From: Pseudomonadota bacterium
Lineage (GTDB): Bacteria; Bdellovibrionota_B; Oligoflexia; Oligoflexales; CAIYRB01
Direction: 5' to 3'
DNA: 64,000 nt
NCBI GenBank assembly: GCA_031416315.1
Contig: JANOTL010000136.1
Location: forward strand, 1 to 64,000
The translations under genes and the position numbers were made by a program. Positions 56,875 to 64,000 of this stretch are shown here, in pieces. The notes beneath the pieces were generated by a model that was not told the origin of the DNA, ran no database searches, and was given only the letters and a program-made list of their open reading frames with translations. The stretch's first letter is position 1, and each line of letters opens with the position of its first letter.

Positions 56875-57759
56875 TCAGAGGCTTAGCGGAGCAAGCCAGG
56901 CGAGCTTCGCCGCCAGCTGCCTCGCCACCGGGTCTTCGGCCGCGAAAGCCACGTGACACAGGATGTTGACGACGTGCCGCAGATGCACCGCCTCGACGTC
57001 GATCGGTACCTGGGCGCGAGCCTCGTAGTCGCGGACGACGGCGCGCGCGAAGGCGTCGCCGTAACCTTCGAGGTACTGGAAATCGAGCTGCGGCGAGGCG
57101 ATGCCGGCGTCCCCGAAGTCGAAGACGCCGCGCAGCGCGCCGGTCGTGTGATCGACCGTGAAATTGTGGCCGCCGAGGTCCCCGTGCACGAAAACCAAGC
57201 GCTCCGGCGCGGGGAGCGCCGCGTGACGCTCGAGCGCCCGATCGATCAGCGCGAAGGTGGCCACCGGGATCGCGTCGCGGTGCGGCTTTAGCGCCGCCCG
57301 GATGCGCGCGGCCGGCAGCGGCCACGGCGGCGCCAAGAAGCCTAGCTCCCGCGCCATCTCCACTTCGATCGCGGCATGGAGCTCGGCCAAGAAGCGGCCG
57401 AGGTCCCCGGCCAAGCGCGCGAGCTTTTCCGGGCTCAAGGCGTCAAAGGCCGCGTGCGTGAATTTTTCGCCGGGAATCCGCCGGTAGGCGTCGAAGTACG
57501 CCGGGGAGCCCGCCGGCGCGACGCGCTCGACGTGCGGAATGCGCGCGTGAATCTTGCCGGCGAGCGCGGCAAGGAGGCGGCGCTCGCGCCGCATGGCAGC
57601 CTCGGCGGCCGCGTTCTTCGGCACGCGCACGATCCAAGCGCCGAGCTCGATCGCGTCTTTCTCGAAGCCGGAATGCAGGCGCAGCGGGTCGACGCTGGCA
57701 GAGACGAGGTCTGGAACATGCTCGGCGCAGAAGGCTCGCGCGCTTTTCGGCGTCAGCAT
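56875..57759 (-). CDS. Aminoglycoside phosphotransferase-like kinase
   Basis: WIVRVP, FLAELH, VHGDLGGHNF, VFDFGDA. Confidence 0.82.
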   Translation of the reverse strand: MLTPKSARAFCAEHVPDLVSASVDPLRLHSGFEKDAIELGAWIVRVPKNAAAEAAMRRERRLLAALAGKIHARIPHVERVAPAGSPAYFDAYRRIPGEKFTHAAFDALSPEKLARLAGDLGRFLAELHAAIEVEMARELGFLAPPWPLPAARIRAALKPHRDAIPVATFALIDRALERHAALPAPERLVFVHGDLGGHNFTVDHTTGALRGVFDFGDAGIASPQLDFQYLEGYGDAFARAVVRDYEARAQVPIDVEAVHLRHVVNILCHVAFAAEDPVARQLAAKLAWLAPLSL

Positions 57760-60194
57760 CAAAAACGCCACTTCAGCTGGATCAGCAGCGCGCGCGTGTC
57801 GACGTCGACCTCGACCGACTCGTCGGAGGCGACCGTGAACGCGTGATGGCGGGCCAGGAAACCGGTCTCGAGCGCCCACCAGTCGCCGATCGGGATCTCG
57901 AGGAGAAGCGTGCCGGCGTAGAGGCGCGAGCTGGTCTTCTCGTCGGGAACCGAGAAAAGCCCGAGCGCATACTCGCCGCCGAGCTTCAGACGCACGGCTG
58001 CGAGCTTGGCCGCGAGCTCGAAGCCGAGCGCGAGGCCGTGCACGTGGATGTGCCGCGCCGCGAGCGTATTGCCGTCGCGGCGGTGAAAGCGGACCGAGCT
58101 CTCCATCGCATAGCCGAAGCGCACGTCGGCCTTCAAAAGCCCGAAGATCGCGTCGGCCAGGCGCCGGCGCACGCTGGCGGCGAACGAGAACGGCTGCACG
58201 ATGAGCGGTCTTTGCCCGGCGGGCGTCTTCGCGTCGGGCTTGCGGAAGAGGACGGTGCCGGTGCGATGGAAGGACAGATCGATCGCCCAAGCCGGAAGCG
58301 GCCAAAGCTGCGTCGCGAAAAGCCAGCTATTGAACAGCGTCGCCTTGATCTTCGTCTCCGGATCCTCGCCGGAGGCGACGTAAGAGAGAGCGGTCGGCGC
58401 GAAGGCGGCGGAGAGCCAGCTGTGGGGAGCTTGCGCGGGAGCTTCGGCCGCGTCGGGGGATCTCGCGGGTGCCGCCGAGGCGGCGACGGGCTCGGGGATT
58501 TTCGTCGGCTCGGCCGTCGGCGTGACCCCGGTCGAGCTTGCCGTCGAAGGGGGCGGGGAAGCGTCAGGGGGAGGAGCGGCGGACGCATTGGTCGCCGTCG
58601 GCTCAGCCGAAACGGCGACCTCCGTTGGCGTCGGCACGGGCGCAGCCGCAACTTGCGACGCGGGCGCTGGCTCGGCGACAGCCAGCGGCACCGGCGCAGG
58701 CGCCGCCAACCCAATCGGCTCCTGCACCGGCGCCGGCTCCGCCAAACCCAACGGTTCCGGCACCGGCGCCGGCGGCGCCAAAGCGATCGGCTCCGCCGCT
58801 CCCACGGGCTCAGGCTCAAGCACGGCCGCCGGCTCGAGCACGGTCGCCGGCTCAACCACCACCGGATCGGCCGCCTGCACGCTCTCCCCAAGCGGCGCCA
58901 TCAAAGCCAGCGCATTGGCAGCGTTCCCCGCAACCGCATCGACCGGTGCCCCTGCGGCTCCACTGCCGGCCGCCACCGCCTTCTCCGCTCCCGCCGCCGC
59001 CACGACCCGCAACTTCGCCGCCATCCCCGCCACGACGCTCACCCCAAACGCCCGCATCTCACTCCACTCCGCCCCCACCTCGTCCACCCGCACCCGCCAC
59101 TCGTAGGCTCCGCTCGCAAGCGGCGGCGTCGTCACGCTCGTCGCCACGACCCGCATCTCCTCCGCGCCCCAGGAGACCCGATAGCCCTTCGCTCCGGGAA
59201 CTGCCCGCCATATCAAGCGCGCCCTCACGTCCTCGCCGCTCAGGCGCTCCCCGTTGAAGGGCGCGAGGAGCTCAGGCTTCACCGTCCTCGCCTCGATCAC
59301 GACCGCAAACCGGCGCGCCTCGCTCGCCGCCTCGCCCGCAACGACGCGCCAGAAATACTCGCCCGCGGCGAGCGGCGGCACTTTGAGCCGCGAGGTGCCG
59401 ACCTCGACCTTATGCACCAACTGCGCGAATCTTTCGTCGCGCGCGATCTCGACTCTCGCGCTGCCCTTGAAGCCGCGCGCCTCCCAGCTGAGCTCGGTGC
59501 CCGCGGCAGCGACCTTCGCGCCATGCGCCGGCGCCGCGAGCCTGACCTCCTGCTGCACGACGACGACGGGGGCCTCCGGTTTCTCGCTGACGCGCGCCTC
59601 CTCGCCGGCGGAAACCTTGGTCCGCTCTCTGAAGATCTCGGCTACGCCCCTGTGGACCGCGACTTTCACTGCGCCGCTCTTCTCGACCTTCAGCGCCAAG
59701 CTGGTCGCCGCGCCCGGCCGCACCGTCCCTGATTGCCCCGGCACCTTGAGCGCGAGCTTCGGCGCCGCCGCGAAGGCGCCGATCACCTCGGGCGCCGCAT
59801 CGACCCGGAGGCTGCCACGGATCACGTTCAGGACCGAGCTCGACTCGAGCTTCTCGATCGCCACGAGCGTGTTCTCGCCCAGCTCGACCACCGTGCCGTC
59901 CCCAAAGCGCAGGATGGCGCCCGCCGCTTCGTCGGTAAACACAAAATCTTTGACATAAAGCGACGCATCGACCGCGGCCTGATCCCACACCGGCAGGTCG
60001 TGCGCGCGTCGCCTGACCGAGCTCCGCACCACCTCGATCTTCGCGATCTCGCCCGCGGCGCCCTTTGCCTCCGGCTTCGGCGTGAAGAGCTGCACGTCGA
60101 GCGCGAGCAATAGCGCGGCGACGCCGGCGACCAACGCGGTGAGCGTGATCAGCAGGCGGTCGGCTCGACCGGCTTGCGGGGCTTCTGGCTCCAG
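57759..60194 (-). CDS. FecR-domain protein with Fn3-like domains, Pro/Ala repeat linker and C-terminal beta-barrel-like domain (start uncertain, 60134 or 60194)
   Basis: TM; DFVFT...FGDGTVVELGENTLV (FecR-like); GEYFWRV and GAYEWRV; EPxxLAxPAPV repeats; ends QLKWRF. Confidence 0.75.
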   Translation of the reverse strand: MEPEAPQAGRADRLLITLTALVAGVAALLLALDVQLFTPKPEAKGAAGEIAKIEVVRSSVRRRAHDLPVWDQAAVDASLYVKDFVFTDEAAGAILRFGDGTVVELGENTLVAIEKLESSSVLNVIRGSLRVDAAPEVIGAFAAAPKLALKVPGQSGTVRPGAATSLALKVEKSGAVKVAVHRGVAEIFRERTKVSAGEEARVSEKPEAPVVVVQQEVRLAAPAHGAKVAAAGTELSWEARGFKGSARVEIARDERFAQLVHKVEVGTSRLKVPPLAAGEYFWRVVAGEAASEARRFAVVIEARTVKPELLAPFNGERLSGEDVRARLIWRAVPGAKGYRVSWGAEEMRVVATSVTTPPLASGAYEWRVRVDEVGAEWSEMRAFGVSVVAGMAAKLRVVAAAGAEKAVAAGSGAAGAPVDAVAGNAANALALMAPLGESVQAADPVVVEPATVLEPAAVLEPEPVGAAEPIALAPPAPVPEPLGLAEPAPVQEPIGLAAPAPVPLAVAEPAPASQVAAAPVPTPTEVAVSAEPTATNASAAPPPDASPPPSTASSTGVTPTAEPTKIPEPVAASAAPARSPDAAEAPAQAPHSWLSAAFAPTALSYVASGEDPETKIKATLFNSWLFATQLWPLPAWAIDLSFHRTGTVLFRKPDAKTPAGQRPLIVQPFSFAASVRRRLADAIFGLLKADVRFGYAMESSVRFHRRDGNTLAARHIHVHGLALGFELAAKLAAVRLKLGGEYALGLFSVPDEKTSSRLYAGTLLLEIPIGDWWALETGFLARHHAFTVASDESVEVDVDTRALLIQLKWRF
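58690..58870 (-). repeat. Intragenic tandem repeats encoding EP(I/L)(A/G)LAxPAPV and VLEP units
   Basis: About three 12-aa units plus 6-aa units in the translation; boundaries approximate. Confidence 0.6.
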
Positions 60195-60278
60195 CGACTG
60201 AGTTCCTTATACTATGAGCCCCTCGTCGGAATTCCCGCACGAAATTAAAGGGAAAATTCGGGCGCGCCGGCTCCGGGG

Positions 60279-60305
60279 TCAACTTCCCGAGGCTCACGCC
60301 GAAAA
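60279..60305 (+). promoter_or_regulatory. Putative sigma28-like promoter
   Basis: TCAA-N15-GCCGAAAA, ending 7 nt before ATG 60313. Confidence 0.5.
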
Positions 60306-60312
60306 CCAATCA

Positions 60313-61821
60313 ATGGCCAAGCGCGTAAAATCCATGGGCGGCAAGGCGGAGATCAAGGCCGCGTTCGACGGCAGCTTTGACGACGTCAGCGCCGCCGTGC
60401 TCGTCTGCGTCGCGCCGCTCGGCAAGATCGTCTCGGTCAACGTCGAGGCGGAGGAGCTCACCGGCTACGAGCGCGCCGAGCTCGAGGGCATGGAGCTTTC
60501 CGAGATCTTTCGGCCAGAGGACCAAAGCCGGATCCGCTCCATCTTTTCCGCCTCGGTGGCCGCCGACTTCAAAAAGCTCGTCGAGCACAACGTCATCGTG
60601 CGCAAAAGGAGCCGACGCAAGATCGTCGTCGACATGGGCTTTCGCCGCTCGAAAGAGGCGGGTCGCGGCGACGCCTTCGTCTTTACGCTCCAGGACATTA
60701 CCGACCTCAAGGCGAACGAAGAGCGCGTGGTGCGGGCGCACGAGTACGTCAATAGCATCATCGACTCGATCGCCGAGATCATGCTCGTCGTCGACGAGAA
60801 CGACCTGATCGAGAAGGCCAATGCCGCGACCTTGTCGCTCCTCGGGTTCGAGGAGGGCGAGATCGTCGGTCAATCGATCGCTTTCATCCTACCGGAGATC
60901 GCGAGGGCGCACGGCAGCTACGCCGAGACCGAGACCGTCGTCCGCAGGAAGGACGGCCGCGCCATCCCCGTCCTAGCCTCGAAATCCGAGCTCCGCTCGC
61001 ACCGCGAGGCGAAGAGCGGCGGCCGCGGCAAAACCGTCTTGATGGCCATGGACATCTCCGAGCGCAAAAAGGCGGAGCGCCTCATCTCTGAGCAGCAAAT
61101 GATGCTCGTGCAGGCCTCGAAGATGTCGTCCCTCGGAGAGATGGCGAGCTCGATCGGCCACGAGATCAACAACCCTTTGACCGTCGTCCTCGGCCGTTGC
61201 GAGATCCTCGAGATGCGGATGGAGAAGGCCGGAATCGCCGAGACCGACGAGATCGCCCTGGATGTGAAGCTCATCGATAAGATGAGCCGCCGCATCCTGA
61301 AGATCGTCCGCGGCCTCCAGGCGCTCGCGCGCGATCAGCGGCACGACGCGATGGAAGAGGTCGACTTGAACGACATCCTGCGCGAGACCCTGGCCGTCTG
61401 CGAGCAAAGGATCCGCTCCGGCCTGGACTCCCTCGAGCTCCCGAAGATGGAGGAGGTGATCCTCCTGCGTTGCCGGCCGACACAAATTTCCCAAGTGCTG
61501 CTCAACCTCCTCAACAACTCCTACGACGAAGTCGCCGGCAAGCCTCTCGCCTGGATCCGCATCGAGGTCGAGGTCGGTCCGAGCGAACTGCGTCTCGTCG
61601 TCACCGACAGCGGCCGCGGCATCCCGGCCCCGGTCGCCGAGAAGTTGTTCACGCCGTTCTTTACCACCAAGCCGGTCGGAAAGGGCACGGGCATCGGACT
61701 TTCCGTGTCGAAGTCCCTGATCGAGTCGCACGAGGGCACGCTGACGCTCGACGACAGCTCGAAGAATACCCGCTTCGTCATCCGCCTGCCGCGCGCCCAG
61801 GGCGCGAAAAAAGCGGGCTGA
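60313..61821 (+). CDS. Cytoplasmic PAS-PAS sensor histidine kinase
   Basis: Two PAS domains; HEINNPL, NLLNNS, DSGRGI, PFFTTK, GTGIGL. Confidence 0.92.
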   Translation: MAKRVKSMGGKAEIKAAFDGSFDDVSAAVLVCVAPLGKIVSVNVEAEELTGYERAELEGMELSEIFRPEDQSRIRSIFSASVAADFKKLVEHNVIVRKRSRRKIVVDMGFRRSKEAGRGDAFVFTLQDITDLKANEERVVRAHEYVNSIIDSIAEIMLVVDENDLIEKANAATLSLLGFEEGEIVGQSIAFILPEIARAHGSYAETETVVRRKDGRAIPVLASKSELRSHREAKSGGRGKTVLMAMDISERKKAERLISEQQMMLVQASKMSSLGEMASSIGHEINNPLTVVLGRCEILEMRMEKAGIAETDEIALDVKLIDKMSRRILKIVRGLQALARDQRHDAMEEVDLNDILRETLAVCEQRIRSGLDSLELPKMEEVILLRCRPTQISQVLLNLLNNSYDEVAGKPLAWIRIEVEVGPSELRLVVTDSGRGIPAPVAEKLFTPFFTTKPVGKGTGIGLSVSKSLIESHEGTLTLDDSSKNTRFVIRLPRAQGAKKAG

Positions 61822-61833
61822 GCCGCGGGCCGT

Positions 61834-62316
61834 CTACTTCTTCAGAAAGACGAAGTACTTCTTCTCGATCCCGTCGAACTCGGCTTCTTTGCGGCAGCGC
61901 GAGCAATTCATCTTCGGCGCCTTCATCTTGTCCAGGTCGGCCTTGTGCGCTGCATAGTCGAGGAGCAGCTCGATCGACAGGTCGCAAGCCTCGCAGAAAT
62001 ACGGCGCGAAGAACGACTCGATCGCGACCTTGCGCCCGGCGAGAAAGCCCGGGAACATGTTGATCTGCGTCACTGTCCGAATCGAGCAGCGCCTAAAAGC
62101 CATGGCGACGGTCGGGGCGAAAGACTCGAGGAACTTGATCCAACGCTGCAACCCGGTCGAGTTGATCAGCTTCACCTTCTCGAAATCGAAGGTGACCGAG
62201 GCTACGCCCGCGGACTTGACGACGCTATAGTCGGCCTCTTCGTCGATCGCGCCGGCGAGGGTCAGAGCCAAGCTCTGATCCGGCTCCTGACGCTGCGTGA
62301 GGACGAGCGAGTTCAT
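61834..62316 (-). CDS. STAS-like anti-anti-sigma factor with C-terminal Zn ribbon
   Basis: LAGAIDE, INSTG phosphoacceptor-like Ser, FAPYFCEAC...CSRC. Confidence 0.75.
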   Translation of the reverse strand: MNSLVLTQRQEPDQSLALTLAGAIDEEADYSVVKSAGVASVTFDFEKVKLINSTGLQRWIKFLESFAPTVAMAFRRCSIRTVTQINMFPGFLAGRKVAIESFFAPYFCEACDLSIELLLDYAAHKADLDKMKAPKMNCSRCRKEAEFDGIEKKYFVFLKK

Positions 62317-63263
62317 CCGTCTCCCTCCTTCCCAAAGTAATTGAGCGAGTGACCGAGTCGCTCGAAATCGCGGTAGCGCTTGCTGACGCCGATGACCGCC
62401 GTGAGCCGGGTGAGCTTACCACGCTCCACGTAGACGTCGAGCTGCGTCGCCGCGTTGATCACCATGTAAAGGCCGACACCGGCGCCGGCGGTCTGCATCT
62501 TGATCTGCGCCGCCCCGATGCGCGAAGCGCGCAAGAGATTCGCGGCGAGCGTCGCGCGCGAGAGCATGCCGAAACGGTCCTCGACGCCGAGGACGAGCGC
62601 GCCCTCGTCGTGCCCGAAGAAGGCCCGCACCTCTTCGCCCGCCGCGAGCGTCAAGGTCTCGTCCCGAGGCAGATCCCGGTATTTCGGCAGGCCGCGCTTC
62701 GCGTCATGCGGCGCGTTGAAGACGGCGTTCATCAAGAGCTCCGAGGTGACCGTGGCCACCACGCCGGCAAGATCGGCGAAAGCGACGACCGGCGCGACGT
62801 CGAAGACGATGGCATCGATCACGCCCTGCTTCGCTTGGCTCGATTTCACCACCATCGACTGCAAGCTCGCCCCGGAGGCGAGGTAGCGCGTCAAAGGCAG
62901 TGGCGCATCCGCGAGAATCTGCGCCAAGGTGGTCTCGAGCTGGCGCCCGAGCAGCGCGTCGTTGATCGAATGCACGTGGCGCAGCGCCTCGTTCTCGGCG
63001 AAGAGGCGGATCGTGCTCTCCACGTCCTGCGCGGTCAAGAGGACGAGCCCGCGGCGGCGCATCACTGCGGTGCGGCGCGCCGGCTCCTGTTGCAAGAGCG
63101 CTTCCTCCACGACGTAGAGGTCGGGTCCCCCGTCGCGCGGGCCGATGGCGAGGAGCGCTTCGGCGCTTGGAAGGCGCCGGATCGCGCAGCGGCCGAGCTT
63201 GCCGGCGAGAGGCGCGAGGTGCTGCGTGAAGATCGCGTCGCTGACGAAAGCGTGGACGCTCAT
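62313..63263 (-). CDS. RsbW-like HATPase (anti-sigma kinase) with degenerate receiver-like N-domain
   Basis: SELLMNAVFNAP, VEDRFG, GAGVGLY. Confidence 0.72.
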   Translation of the reverse strand: MSVHAFVSDAIFTQHLAPLAGKLGRCAIRRLPSAEALLAIGPRDGGPDLYVVEEALLQQEPARRTAVMRRRGLVLLTAQDVESTIRLFAENEALRHVHSINDALLGRQLETTLAQILADAPLPLTRYLASGASLQSMVVKSSQAKQGVIDAIVFDVAPVVAFADLAGVVATVTSELLMNAVFNAPHDAKRGLPKYRDLPRDETLTLAAGEEVRAFFGHDEGALVLGVEDRFGMLSRATLAANLLRASRIGAAQIKMQTAGAGVGLYMVINAATQLDVYVERGKLTRLTAVIGVSKRYRDFERLGHSLNYFGKEGDG

Positions 63264-64000
63264 CCCGCCACCCGGTGGCCCGAGGCCTCGGCCCGATGCT
63301 TCACGACGACGAGGGTGACGTCGTCCTCGGGGGCTCCCTCGCCGGAGAAGTCCATAGCGCCCTTGACGAGCGCATCTTTGATCGCGTCGCCTTCTTCTCC
63401 GCCGCAGGCGAGCAAAGATTTCAGGAACCGTCGCTCGCCGTATTCCTCTTTCTCCGCATTGCGGCATTCGAGAATGCCGTCGGTATAAAGGATTAGCACG
63501 TCGCGGGCCGCGAGCTCCGCTTCGTGTTCGGTGAACACGGTATCAAGGCTCTCGCCGAGGCAGGCGTCGGGGCGCTCCGCGAGGCTGTCGAGATGCGCCT
63601 TCGTCAGCGGCTCGCCCTCCTCGACTTGGCTCGCGCGGCAAATGAAGGGCATCTCGTGCGAAGCGTTGGCGTAGCAGACCTTCCCAGTGTAGCGGTCGAT
63701 CACCGCGGCGAAGAAGGTCATCTTCACGCGGCCGCGGCCGGCGTGGTAGATCGCGGCGTTCAGGCTGTCCAGGATGAAGGCCGGCGTCAGCGGAAAGGCG
63801 TGGTCTAAGCGCTCGGAAAGCCGCGAGAGCGTCATCGCGCAGCTGTGCGCGGCGGCGGTGATCAAGGCCGCGGGAACGCCGTGCCCGGTGGCGTCACCGA
63901 TTAGAATCACGAGCTTGTCCGGAAGCGTGAGACCGCCCCACCAGTCGCCGCCGCACTCGGAGGCCGGCTTGAAGAAGGCGGAGACCTCGAGCGGCCCGAC
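63260..64000 (-). CDS. SpoIIE/PP2C phosphatase (5' part lies beyond the window)
   Basis: ECGGDWW, GDATGHG, YTDGILE, EDDVT. Confidence 0.88.
   Translation of the reverse strand, partial: VGPLEVSAFFKPASECGGDWWGGLTLPDKLVILIGDATGHGVPAALITAAAHSCAMTLSRLSERLDHAFPLTPAFILDSLNAAIYHAGRGRVKMTFFAAVIDRYTGKVCYANASHEMPFICRASQVEEGEPLTKAHLDSLAERPDACLGESLDTVFTEHEAELAARDVLILYTDGILECRNAEKEEYGERRFLKSLLACGGEEGDAIKDALVKGAMDFSGEGAPEDDVTLVVVKHRAEASGHRVAG

Noticed and set aside
54040..57759. Antibiotic-resistance island (two APH-like genes)
   Set aside because: Generic APH/choline-kinase-fold motifs among housekeeping genes; no mobile-element context or specific resistance signature
489..63808. Numerous long alternative-frame and antisense ORFs (e.g. 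489-1976, 17097-19235, 23064-25031, 57843-59732) and N-terminal extensions of real ORFs
   Set aside because: Arg/Ala/Gly-rich shadow frames typical of high-GC DNA that overlap well-supported genes

Overview
High-GC bacterial window. The gene repertoire (TIGR02147/DUF4423 HTH, DUF4360 proteins, Zn-ribbon STAS, FecR-barrel fusion, several SpoIIE phosphatases, many lipoproteins) suggests Bdellovibrionota/Oligoflexia or a relative; this is inference. About 55 CDS can be supported. They include housekeeping genes (speD, lptD, accD-folC, PBP1A with an LpoA-like partner, murI, gluQ, thiL, tcdA, TatD, RsmB-like) and signalling genes (PilZ, a GGDEF protein, three SpoIIE phosphatases, a PAS kinase, an RsbU/W/V-like trio). 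I found no rRNA, tRNA, CRISPR or mobile element. The main candidate novel system spans 25384-39565. A flagellar-type motA/motB pair and a PEGA lipoprotein gene are divergent from an 11-gene, tightly coupled envelope operon. That operon encodes a single-chain protein (signal peptide, periplasmic domain, TM, FliG-like rotor domains), putative outer-membrane barrels, TPR proteins, lipoproteins and a TonB/AgmX-C-like protein, with no flagellar export, rod, hook or filament genes. This suggests a non-flagellar ion-driven rotary trans-envelope machine. Secondary signals are a GAAC-N5-GTTC palindrome in front of the DUF4360/TIGR02147 genes and several sigma28-like promoters. All family calls are by-eye motif recognition; no searches were run.
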